Made by a program: the position numbers and the translations under genes
The notes under the pieces: generated by a model
The model's input: the letters and a program-made list of their open reading frames with translations, nothing else
What the model was told of the DNA's origin: nothing
Databases searched by the model: none
Source: an uncultured Gammaproteobacteria bacterium
GTDB taxonomy: Bacteria > Pseudomonadota > Gammaproteobacteria > CAZYYU01
NCBI GenBank assembly: GCA_964651735.1
Contig: CAZYYU010000002.1
Span: forward strand, 69,931-133,930
Direction of reading: 5' to 3'
Length of the DNA stretch: 64,000 nt
In this document: piece after piece, positions 1 through 8,526 of the stretch
Layout: each line of letters begins with the position of its first letter
How positions within the stretch are numbered: the stretch's first letter is position 1

Positions 1-1
1 T

Positions 2-2014
2 TCGGAATGTCTAGAGCTGCTTAAAGCTTACTTGAAAAAACGAAGGTTGGAAAAAAGCCAAGCTATCGGTTTGGATTTGACGGATCCTCAATTAGCAGAA
101 TTCCAAGTATATATTGATCGATATTTTGATCTTTCACCTGAAAACGATGAGGCAACTCTAAGCCTTCCTCAGAATTTACAATTACTTATCCTTCAAATGT
201 ATACATTAGCGATCAGAGCAGGAAATATAAATGTTTTGCGATTTCTTCATACTCATATAAAGCATGAAAAATACAAAGGCACACAATTTATTTCGACTCA
301 ATTACGTGACTGTTCTAGTGATTTTCTAAAGTCAGTCGTAGAGATGCTAGATAATGCAGGAGAAAATCTTAGTCAAGCGCCTGAGCTTCTCAGTGCAGTG
401 TATAGCCATTACAAAATTAACAGAAATTTAGATACGTTTAAGTATTTAAAGGAAAGAGGAGTTGATCTCAATCAAACTATTACTTATGGATATAGTCAAA
501 CGACTCTTGCTGACATTTCAAAATATAGTGATATTACCTTATATAACTTATTAACTGGTAAAGATAAGACAACAGATGCATCAACTATAACAGTGCCGCC
601 AAGCGTATTTGGAGGATCTTTCGCTGAGCCACCTAAAGCTTCTTCCACAAACTTATTTGGTGGATTTGGGCTATCACACAGAGGAGATAATACGAGTCAT
701 GATTTAGAAGAAGACAAAGAAGAAATCAGACGTGCTCAAGCAGAAAGAGAGAGACGCGCTAAAGAAGATGAAAACAAACGAGCTCAAGAAGAAAGAGCCA
801 GACGTGCAGAAGAAGAAATCAGACGTGCTCATGATGCATTTAGACTTTCTAAATTAGATAATTGCAAAAAAAATGGTATTGATTTAAACGTCTTAACATT
901 AAATAATTATCGAGAATTTATTGAGCAAAATCTCAATGATACAGACCAAGATCATTTCGCTTTATTTAATAATCTTTATATTGAGGTGTTGAGTAGAAAA
1001 GATATAGAAACATTAAGATTTCTTCACGCTAACATAATACCCTATAAATATAGAATGCACACATGGGTGCTTCCTGAATTACTCAAACTCCAAGATCCTC
1101 ACAATGGAAAATTTTTAAGGGATTGTATAAAGCTGTTTTTTGAAAATAAGGAAATTAATGACGCAAATCTGTTGTCATTAGTCTATGAATTTTACCTTAT
1201 AAATAATGATCTCCAAGCACTAACTTGGCTATTTGATAATGGTTTTGATATTACTGCATTTCCAATGACATACCAAGCTTTGCTTGCAAGAGCTCAAAAA
1301 GACGGTAAAAAGGAATTTGCTGATTTCATCTCTTCTAAAAATAAAACAGCGTTGAGCGAAAATGAATCTGAGGAAGATCCTAAGCCACCGCTTCCTAAAG
1401 ATCCAAATAAAGGTCATAGTAAAAAACATGATAGTGAAGACAAGGAAGAGGTTGTGCCAGCTGTTAATTTTTTCCCCATAATCAAAAAGCCACACTGGAC
1501 TGCTTTTGGTTTCATGCCTAAGGTTAAACCACCTCAAATCGCTGCTTTTGTATCTCAATTAGATCACAATCACGCGAAGTTAAATTTGTCGGATGCATCA
1601 GAAAACGTTCAAAATGCTTATGCCAATCTTGTTAAATATGGTGCCAAACTTTCTTTTGAGGCTTCAAAAATAAAGGAGAAAGATCAATCTAAAAAGAGTT
1701 CAATCGCTTTAAAATCAAAAATAACGGCATTGAATCATTTTATCAACATCATTTTAAGTCAATCTGACTTAAGCAGCGCCAAAGCCATTGAAAGCATCAG
1801 AAATGCCTATTTACACTTAGAGCGTCATGATGAAAATCGTGGTACTGGTTTATATATTGTTCATTCGATGATAAAAGGTTTGACCTTTGAAGATGAGGAT
1901 GGTAATGAGCAATATGTGATTTCTAAAGTCGGTGAATTAGCGGCACTTTTCATGCAAGCTATTGATGAGCCTGTGGCTGTAGAAGAAGATGAAATCAGCG
2001 AACTTAGAGTGTGA
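2..2014 (+). CDS. Large hypothetical protein, 5'-partial (frame is open to the window edge). Two duplicated ~100-aa modules are separated by an Arg/Glu coiled-coil. Effector-like.
   Basis: The frame of ORF 32..2014 has no stop back to nt 2, and the only in-window start is a TTG at 32. Modules '...NINVLRFLHTHIKHEKYK...FLKSVVEML...' and '...DIETLRFLHANIIPYKYR...FLRDCIKLF...' are paralogous. The tract EEIRRAQAERERRAKEDENKRAQEERARRAEEEIRRA lies between them. The C-terminus is Glu-rich. Confidence 0.6.
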   Translation, partial: SECLELLKAYLKKRRLEKSQAIGLDLTDPQLAEFQVYIDRYFDLSPENDEATLSLPQNLQLLILQMYTLAIRAGNINVLRFLHTHIKHEKYKGTQFISTQLRDCSSDFLKSVVEMLDNAGENLSQAPELLSAVYSHYKINRNLDTFKYLKERGVDLNQTITYGYSQTTLADISKYSDITLYNLLTGKDKTTDASTITVPPSVFGGSFAEPPKASSTNLFGGFGLSHRGDNTSHDLEEDKEEIRRAQAERERRAKEDENKRAQEERARRAEEEIRRAHDAFRLSKLDNCKKNGIDLNVLTLNNYREFIEQNLNDTDQDHFALFNNLYIEVLSRKDIETLRFLHANIIPYKYRMHTWVLPELLKLQDPHNGKFLRDCIKLFFENKEINDANLLSLVYEFYLINNDLQALTWLFDNGFDITAFPMTYQALLARAQKDGKKEFADFISSKNKTALSENESEEDPKPPLPKDPNKGHSKKHDSEDKEEVVPAVNFFPIIKKPHWTAFGFMPKVKPPQIAAFVSQLDHNHAKLNLSDASENVQNAYANLVKYGAKLSFEASKIKEKDQSKKSSIALKSKITALNHFINIILSQSDLSSAKAIESIRNAYLHLERHDENRGTGLYIVHSMIKGLTFEDEDGNEQYVISKVGELAALFMQAIDEPVAVEEDEISELRV

Positions 2015-2015
2015 G

Positions 2016-2906
2016 TCAGAAGGTCCACCCGAAATTTGCTAGCAATAGATAAGTGCTGCGAGTTTGATGACCAAATAAATGTTGCGAGGCTGGTAATCCT
2101 AAGCCCAGCTGAGCAACTATTTTTGGGGTGGAAAACCACAATGAAGGAGTCACATAGATGGTATTGCCTCCAGAATTTTCATCACGTACGCCTTTGATCC
2201 TATCTTTTTCAATATAAATACCATCCACTTCAATCATCCACGCCACTATACATTTGGAAGGAATGCCAAGAATATTTCTTCCAAATCCGCCTTGATATAA
2301 AAATTGATTGCCAAATTTTGTGCCCTGATTAGAGCTTGTGAATAAAACACCATAAGAACTAAAACCAAACCAATCTGTATACATACGATTTATGGTTGCA
2401 CCTAAAAAAATAGTTGGAGAGCCAAAACCTGTTGGAGGTTGTTTTTTAGTTGAACCTGTGGGAATAGTTGTATTAGCAAGTACTGTTGCTTCCTCCATAT
2501 ACTGCAAAGTGCTTTTAACATAAAAAGCATATTCAAATTGCAAAGAGAAATCCTCTAAACCCGAAGATCGCTGTTGATCTTTTTTATAACTTGCCGCAAC
2601 AGGCGTGTTAACAAAAATAGAAAATTGATCCGTCACTCCATATAATATGGCTGGAATAACATCAACAAAATAATTCTCCCCCTCACCAAACTTATCAACA
2701 AAAAGAAATACCTGAGTTTGGTTTTTGTTGATAATGTTTTCCCCAATACTGACTAATGGCCCAGGTTGCTGAGAAGTAGGCAAAGCATAATTACCCACAT
2801 TCGGAGGTACTTCATCTTTCGCCAAACTGTTCAAAGGCAAAATCAAAGCAACTAACAGAGGGGTCAAACCGAGCTTGTTTAAAAAATTTCTCATAAAATC
2901 AAACAA
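2016..2906 (-). CDS. Outer-membrane beta-barrel protein with a signal peptide; possibly MetA-pathway/phenol-degradation-like transporter family.
   Basis: N-terminal signal peptide (MRNFLNKLGLTPLLVALILPLNSLA). Alternating beta-strand-like composition rich in G/Y/F. C-terminal ...NFGWTF ends in an aromatic residue, as in OMPs. Start is TTG 2906 (GGAGG 4 nt upstream) or ATG 2894. The family name is a guess. Confidence 0.6.
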   Translation of the reverse strand: MFDFMRNFLNKLGLTPLLVALILPLNSLAKDEVPPNVGNYALPTSQQPGPLVSIGENIINKNQTQVFLFVDKFGEGENYFVDVIPAILYGVTDQFSIFVNTPVAASYKKDQQRSSGLEDFSLQFEYAFYVKSTLQYMEEATVLANTTIPTGSTKKQPPTGFGSPTIFLGATINRMYTDWFGFSSYGVLFTSSNQGTKFGNQFLYQGGFGRNILGIPSKCIVAWMIEVDGIYIEKDRIKGVRDENSGGNTIYVTPSLWFSTPKIVAQLGLGLPASQHLFGHQTRSTYLLLANFGWTF

Positions 2907-2973
2907 TTAGCCTCCTCATCTTGCGGTGTCAAACCAGGCTTCTCATTATTGCGCATCTTCCAGCATCTCCAAA
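2861..2973. repeat. Partial (left-arm) copy of a ~200-bp palindromic MITE-like repeat; overlaps the 5' end of the OMP gene.
   Basis: GGGTCAAACCGAGC..TTTAAAAAA..AAATCAA..TTAGCC..CATCTTGCGGTGTCAAACCA aligns with the left arms at 2974 and 4133. Confidence 0.75.
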
Positions 2974-3183
2974 GGGGTCAAACCGAGCCTCTTTAGAAAA
3001 AACCTCATTAAATCAACTACTTAGCCTTCCCATCTTGCGGTGTCAAACCACGCTTCTTTATATTGTGCATCTTATCAGATAAGATGCGTGGTTGAAGACG
3101 GCCTGATAAACGTCCTAAGCAATTGATTTAATTGAACTTATTGTAAAGAGGCTCGGTTAGACCCCCTCCTCTTGACCCCCTCC
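2974..3183. repeat. Full copy of the ~200-bp long-palindrome MITE-like repeat.
   Basis: Left arm GGGGTCAAACCGAGCC... and right arm ...GGCTCGGTTAGACCCCC are inverted complements. Central hairpin is GCATCTTATCAGATAAGATGC. The end is duplicated (GACCCCCTCC at 3160-3169 and 3174-3183). Confidence 0.8.
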
Positions 3184-3184
3184 A

Positions 3185-4072
3185 CTACACTCCTAAAGTT
3201 TGCATCAAATAGTCGTGCATATCCTTTTGAATATTAGAGAGTGATAGGCTTATATCCTCCAACATTTCATCAGAGATTTTTAACTCATCTTTATATTCTC
3301 TGAGAAGATTAAGAAAATAATTCACATCCATAGAATTCAGAAAATTATTATATTCATGTTCAGGAAATAAATGTTTGATGCTAATTTCAATTTGATCAGC
3401 ATTTGAACGGATAAATAATCTTTTCCCAAATTTCGGGTTTGCATTTACGCGGTCACAAAATTGCTTGATGGAAGCAGCGGATTCTCCATGAAGCTTGATT
3501 TGAGTACATCTGTAGGTCTCTCCAAAAATAGAAATTCCGCTAAATAAATTTTCTCCTTCACAAACATAGTCAATTTTTCGACATCCAGTTGCTACAGTTT
3601 TTAAATCAAGGTTAACTGATCGTTTCCAAGATCCGTAGTTTTTTGCAGGATTCCATTTATCAACCAAAGGAATAATTTGATCATTTACCACAGATTTCAT
3701 ACCCGCGCTAAATTCACCGAGATCTTTTTCAATAGCAGCAAGAAGGTTTTTATACCCTTTCTGACTGACCAATTTACCTATGGACAAGGGTAAAAGATTT
3801 CCAAAAGATAATCCTAAAGGCATTTCATCTGGTGTATTTCTCGGTTTTACCTGCAAAGTGGGAGCTACAACACGATTATAAAATCGAAGAGCAGCATTTC
3901 TATTTTTAAAAACTAAGCATAATTCCGGAAAAAAATGAGAAAAGACGCTAAAGTAAAGGCATTCTACTTCAGAGTGATCTTTTAATTGATAACGATAGTT
4001 ATAAATGTTTGAACCCTGTTCACTTCTCGAATGAACAGGAGATTTCTCTTCAACTCTGACCCATTTACTCAT
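3185..4072 (-). CDS. Hypothetical protein (295 aa); cargo gene bracketed by two same-orientation copies of the MITE-like repeat.
   Basis: Long ORF with an ATG start and a GAGGG Shine-Dalgarno (SD) sequence about 8 nt upstream. No recognisable motif. The stop codon lies 1 nt from the repeat end. Confidence 0.6.
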   Translation of the reverse strand: MSKWVRVEEKSPVHSRSEQGSNIYNYRYQLKDHSEVECLYFSVFSHFFPELCLVFKNRNAALRFYNRVVAPTLQVKPRNTPDEMPLGLSFGNLLPLSIGKLVSQKGYKNLLAAIEKDLGEFSAGMKSVVNDQIIPLVDKWNPAKNYGSWKRSVNLDLKTVATGCRKIDYVCEGENLFSGISIFGETYRCTQIKLHGESAASIKQFCDRVNANPKFGKRLFIRSNADQIEISIKHLFPEHEYNNFLNSMDVNYFLNLLREYKDELKISDEMLEDISLSLSNIQKDMHDYLMQTLGV

Positions 4073-4132
4073 AATAATACCCTCTAATTTTTATTTATAC
4101 CTAGATTTTGTCATTTTACATAAGGGTGATAT

Positions 4133-4332
4133 GGGGGTCAAACCGAGCCTGTTAAAAAAAATTTCCATTAAATCAACCAATTAGCCATCTCATCTTGCGG
4201 TGTCAAACCACGCTTCTTTATATAAACTGTCTTGCAAAATAAGAAGCCTTGTTGAAGACCGCAAGCTAAACGCTTTAACCAGTTGATTTAAATGAATTAA
4301 TTTTTAAGAAGCTCGGTTTGACCCCCTCCCCC
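4133..4332. repeat. Full copy of the ~200-bp long-palindrome MITE-like repeat.
   Basis: GGGGGTCAAACCGAGCC...CATCTTGCGGTGTCAAACCACGCTTCTTTATAT...GTTGAAGACCGCAAG...GCTCGGTTTGACCCCC. Same orientation as the copy at 2974-3183. Confidence 0.8.
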
Positions 4333-4346
4333 TTAAGCCGTATAAT
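4318..4346 (+). promoter_or_regulatory. Sigma70-type promoter for gatCAB; the -35 box lies inside the repeat terminus.
   Basis: TTGACC (4318-4323), an exact 17-nt spacer, then TATAAT (4341-4346). An AAGGA SD sits at 4366-4370 and the gatC ATG at 4377. Confidence 0.5.
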
Positions 4347-4376
4347 TCATAGTTTTACGAGCATTAAGGAATTACT

Positions 4377-4694
4377 ATGTCCATTACTGAAAAACAAGTT
4401 CGTGAAGTTGCTCACCTCGCCAGGCTTGGTGTGAGTGATGCTGAGGTACAAGAACACGTTGAAAGCTTAACCAAAATTCTGGACATCATTGAGCAGATGG
4501 CATCAATAAATACCCAAGGCGTGACAGCCATGTCTCACCCCATAGAGTCTTATCATGTGGACCACAAACAAGAAAAAGTTGAACTCCCCTTGCGAGAGGA
4601 TTCAATTACTGAAGTGAATGAACGTGAAGATTTCCAAAAAATTGCACCTTTGGCTAAACATGGTTTGTATTTAGTTCCACAAGTTATCGAATAA
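4377..4694 (+). CDS. gatC: Asp/Glu-tRNA(Asn/Gln) amidotransferase subunit C.
   Basis: ~100-aa protein with the typical GatC N-terminus ([17 protein letters not shown]), directly upstream of gatA and gatB. Confidence 0.95.
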   Translation: MSITEKQVREVAHLARLGVSDAEVQEHVESLTKILDIIEQMASINTQGVTAMSHPIESYHVDHKQEKVELPLREDSITEVNEREDFQKIAPLAKHGLYLVPQVIE

Positions 4695-4705
4695 TCGAGT
4701 ACAAT

Positions 4706-6160
4706 ATGCACACAAAATCACTGGCAGATTTATCTAAAAGTCTAGAAAAAAAAGAATTTTCTAGTCGTGAACTCACTGAACATTTTTTAAATAGAATTAA
4801 AAAATTTGATGAATCACTTAATTGTTTTATTACTGTAACTGCGGATCTGGCGCTTCAACAAGCAGATGCTGCAGATAAAAAACGCCAATCTGGAAATGCA
4901 ACTCCACTCACAGGAATTCCAATCGCTCAAAAAGACATTTTTTGCACTAAAGGAATAAAAACCTCTTGCGGCTCTAAAATGTTAGATAACTTTATCTCAC
5001 CTTATGATGCGACCTTGATTCAACATTACAACAATGCTGGAATGGTCATGTTGGGCAAAACCAATATGGATGAATTTGCCATGGGTTCATCTAACGAAAA
5101 TAGTTACTACGGCCCAGTTAAAAATCCCTGGGATCTTGAACGAGTAGCTGGTGGTTCCTCGGGAGGTTCTGCCGCGACAGTTGCATCACGACTTGCACCC
5201 GCAGCTACTGGTACTGACACCGGTGGTTCTATACGTCAGCCAGCAGCATTATGTGGAATTACCGGATTAAAACCTACCTATGGCCGCGTATCACGTTATG
5301 GAATGATTGCTTTTGCATCAAGTTTAGATCAAGGTGGTCCCTTTGCCCAAACAGCAGAAGATGTGGCAATGCTATTAAATCCTATCGCAAAATACGATCC
5401 TAAAGATTCCACAAGCATTAACACCCCTGCTCCAGATTATACCAAAACACTAAATGACTCTATTAAAGGACTTAAAATAGGATTACCTAAAGAATATTTT
5501 AGTGAAGGCTTAGACCCAAAAATGGCAGCTCTGATTAATTCAGCCATCGATGAATATAAAAAACTGGGTGTTGAATTTAAAGAAATTAGTTTAAAAAATT
5601 CTAATATGGCAATTCCTGCATATTATGTGGTTGCACCTGCAGAATGCTCATCAAATTTAGCGCGATTTGATGGCGTGCGTTATGGTTATCGCTGTGATGA
5701 GCCTAAAAATTTAGAGGATTTATATAAGCGTACTCGTCAAGAAGGCTTTGGTCATGAAGTAAAACGTCGAATCATGATTGGGACTTATGCACTATCAGCA
5801 GGTTATTTTGATGCTTATTATTTACAAGCACAAAAAATTCGCCAACTCATCAGTGATGATTTTCAAAAAGCCTTTAAAGAAGTGGATTTTATTTTAGGAC
5901 CCACTTCTCCCTGCACCGCTTTTAAAATTGGCGAAAAATCCAATGATCCAGTAAGCATGTATTTATCCGATATCTATACCATATCTGTTAATCTAGCAGG
6001 TTTGCCTGGATTATCGATGCCTACTGGTTTTATCGATAATTTACCCGTCGGATTACAACTGATTGGAAATTATTTTACAGAAAGCAAACTTTTAAATGTC
6101 GCTCACCAATATCAACAGGTGACTGATTGGCATCAACAAATGCCTGATAACTATCGGTAG
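4706..6160 (+). CDS. gatA: Asp/Glu-tRNA(Asn/Gln) amidotransferase subunit A.
   Basis: Amidase signature ([21 protein letters not shown]); correct length and operon position. Confidence 0.97.
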   Translation: MHTKSLADLSKSLEKKEFSSRELTEHFLNRIKKFDESLNCFITVTADLALQQADAADKKRQSGNATPLTGIPIAQKDIFCTKGIKTSCGSKMLDNFISPYDATLIQHYNNAGMVMLGKTNMDEFAMGSSNENSYYGPVKNPWDLERVAGGSSGGSAATVASRLAPAATGTDTGGSIRQPAALCGITGLKPTYGRVSRYGMIAFASSLDQGGPFAQTAEDVAMLLNPIAKYDPKDSTSINTPAPDYTKTLNDSIKGLKIGLPKEYFSEGLDPKMAALINSAIDEYKKLGVEFKEISLKNSNMAIPAYYVVAPAECSSNLARFDGVRYGYRCDEPKNLEDLYKRTRQEGFGHEVKRRIMIGTYALSAGYFDAYYLQAQKIRQLISDDFQKAFKEVDFILGPTSPCTAFKIGEKSNDPVSMYLSDIYTISVNLAGLPGLSMPTGFIDNLPVGLQLIGNYFTESKLLNVAHQYQQVTDWHQQMPDNYR

Positions 6161-7600
6161 GTGAATAACATGGAATGGGAAACAGTAATTGGTCTTGAAG
6201 TACACGTACAATTAGCCACAAAAACAAAAATATTTTCAGGTGCGCCAACCGCTTATGGTGCAGAACCCAATACCCAAGCCTGCACGATTGATCTTGGCTA
6301 TCCTGGAGTCTTGCCCGTATTAAATAAAGAAGTGGTACGAATGGCAGTGATGTTAGGCCTAAGTTTAGAAGCTGAAATTTCACATCATTCTGTCTTTGCA
6401 CGAAAAAACTATTTTTATCCAGACCTTCCCAAAGGTTACCAAATTTCTCAATTCGAATATCCTATTGTTGGAAAAGGTCACCTAGATATACAAATAAATA
6501 ATACAGTAAAACGCGTTGGAATTACTCGTGCTCATTTAGAAGAAGATGCTGGAAAATCGTTGCATGAAGATTTTAAAGGGATGTCTGGCATAGATTTAAA
6601 TCGTGCAGGCACGCCCCTACTTGAAATTGTTTCAGAACCCGATCTGCGTTCCGCTGAAGAAGCCGTGGCTTATTTAAAAACCTTACACAGTTTAGTGCGT
6701 TATTTAGGTATCAGTGATGGAAATATGCAGGAAGGCTCCTTTCGCTGTGATGCAAATGTATCTGTACGAAAAAAAGGCTCGAAGGAATTTGGAACTCGGG
6801 CTGAAATCAAAAACGTGAATTCTTTCCGATTCGTAGAACGTGCAATTAATTATGAAGTGGAACGCCAAATTAATGTGATTGAAAATGGTGGAACTATCGT
6901 ACAAGAAACACGATTATACGACTCCGCAAAAAATGAAACCCGATCTATGCGTACAAAAGAAGCCGCCAACGATTACCGTTATTTTCCAGATCCCGATTTA
7001 TTGCCTTTAGAAATTGATGATGACTACATTACTACTCAAAAAAAGCGAATGCCAGAATTACCCTGGGAAAAGAAAAATCGTTTTATGGAACAATTCAATT
7101 TAAGCAGCTACGATGCTACAGTACTTTCAGCCACCAAAGAATCAGCAGAATATTTCGAAAATACCGTAAAAGCCAGCAAAGCAGAAGCAAAATTAGTCGC
7201 AAACTGGATCGCCGGAGATCTCGCCGCCCTACTCAATAAAAATAACCTCGATATTCAAAACTCTCCAGTAAGTTCTGAACAACTCGCACAAATGCTAGAT
7301 CGCATTACCGACAATACCATCTCGGGAAAAATCGCAAAAACCGTTTTTGAAGCCATGTGGAACCAAGAAGGCTCCGCTGATGAAATCATCGAAAAACAAG
7401 GCCTAAAACAAATCACTGATACTGGTGCTATCGATAAAATCATCGATGAAATCATCGCTGCAAATCCCGAACAAGTAAAAAACTATAAAGCAGGAAACGA
7501 AAAACTATTTGGATACTTTGTAGGACAAGCCATGAAAGCCACTCAAGGAAAAGCGAACCCTGCTCAAGTGAATGAGCTTCTAAAAAAGAAATTGTCATAA
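6161..7600 (+). CDS. gatB: Asp/Glu-tRNA(Asn/Gln) amidotransferase subunit B.
   Basis: [14 protein letters not shown]-terminus and the RCDANVS motif; abuts the gatA stop. Confidence 0.97.
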   Translation: MNNMEWETVIGLEVHVQLATKTKIFSGAPTAYGAEPNTQACTIDLGYPGVLPVLNKEVVRMAVMLGLSLEAEISHHSVFARKNYFYPDLPKGYQISQFEYPIVGKGHLDIQINNTVKRVGITRAHLEEDAGKSLHEDFKGMSGIDLNRAGTPLLEIVSEPDLRSAEEAVAYLKTLHSLVRYLGISDGNMQEGSFRCDANVSVRKKGSKEFGTRAEIKNVNSFRFVERAINYEVERQINVIENGGTIVQETRLYDSAKNETRSMRTKEAANDYRYFPDPDLLPLEIDDDYITTQKKRMPELPWEKKNRFMEQFNLSSYDATVLSATKESAEYFENTVKASKAEAKLVANWIAGDLAALLNKNNLDIQNSPVSSEQLAQMLDRITDNTISGKIAKTVFEAMWNQEGSADEIIEKQGLKQITDTGAIDKIIDEIIAANPEQVKNYKAGNEKLFGYFVGQAMKATQGKANPAQVNELLKKKLS

Positions 7601-7601
7601 A

Positions 7602-8417
7602 TTAATCGATTGGAAACCCATCCGATTTTAATATTTTTAAAATTTCTGCTTTAGAAAAGCAAGATAGTTTAAGCTTAATATTGTCAAAATACGCTTCAAC
7701 AGTTCTTTGTGATATATTTAAGCAAGTCGCTATATCTTTTGTAGCCATCCTATTTAAAAAACAAAATATAACATCAAGCTCACGACTTGATAAGACGATA
7801 TCTTTATAGGGATCATTTTTAAAACGATATTTTCGAACCCGCATTTCAGACATTACAGAGTGAATATCTTTTTCGTTAATACAACTCCAACTTAAATCCG
7901 TATTTTTCTGATTTGTATTTTCAAGTAATATTTTATGGTCATAAGCCTTAGTAATTATGAGTTCTGCCCTATCTTGAAAATATAATATAAATTTTTTGAA
8001 AATCTCAGAATCATTCACAAAAAGATCTAGAAGATGTTGTTGTGTATAACTGCCCGAAAAGAAATAAAAATCCACAAAATCCTTGTAAGGTTTCACATAG
8101 GTTGCCCCATGAACACTGTCATAACGTTCTCGAGCAAGCTTAAAAACATCTAAAGGTGAGTCTGAAGGATAAAGTATAAACCCTTCTTTATAGGTAGAGA
8201 GTGACCTTGAAATAAATTGTCCATATAAAGCATTATTGAAATAATCGACCACCCAATTGGCATTATTCGAAATATAGATTTGAGTTGTGTCGGAAAATTT
8301 CCTCATAAAGGTAAATACCGTTATTCCCAAACGCTTTAAGGGAGATAGTATATGATCCAAATCAACTGCATGATTTAGAAAATAATGATCATGAGGGAGT
8401 ATAATCGAGTCTGCCAT
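7602..8417 (-). CDS. LuxR-family transcriptional regulator (C-terminal HTH, uncharacterised N-terminal ligand-type domain).
   Basis: C-terminal LSSRELDVIFCFLNRMATKDIATCLNISQRTVEAYFDNIKLKL matches the LuxR/FixJ HTH pattern. No receiver-domain Asp pocket is evident. Confidence 0.8.
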   Translation of the reverse strand: MADSIILPHDHYFLNHAVDLDHILSPLKRLGITVFTFMRKFSDTTQIYISNNANWVVDYFNNALYGQFISRSLSTYKEGFILYPSDSPLDVFKLARERYDSVHGATYVKPYKDFVDFYFFSGSYTQQHLLDLFVNDSEIFKKFILYFQDRAELIITKAYDHKILLENTNQKNTDLSWSCINEKDIHSVMSEMRVRKYRFKNDPYKDIVLSSRELDVIFCFLNRMATKDIATCLNISQRTVEAYFDNIKLKLSCFSKAEILKILKSDGFPID

Positions 8418-8526
8418 ATATTATCCGTAATTTATATAAATTATCGTAAAATATGTTATGTATCATAACAATAAAAATAGATCAAATAAAGATCTATATT
8501 TGATCCATCTTAACAATAGCAACTAA

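Noticed and set aside
719-831. A 20-nt direct repeat 93 nt apart, considered as a possible mobile-element or CRISPR-like signature.
   Set aside because: It is in frame inside a coding coiled-coil (EEIRRAQ / EEIRRAH). It is therefore an intragenic coding repeat and is reported only as part of that gene.
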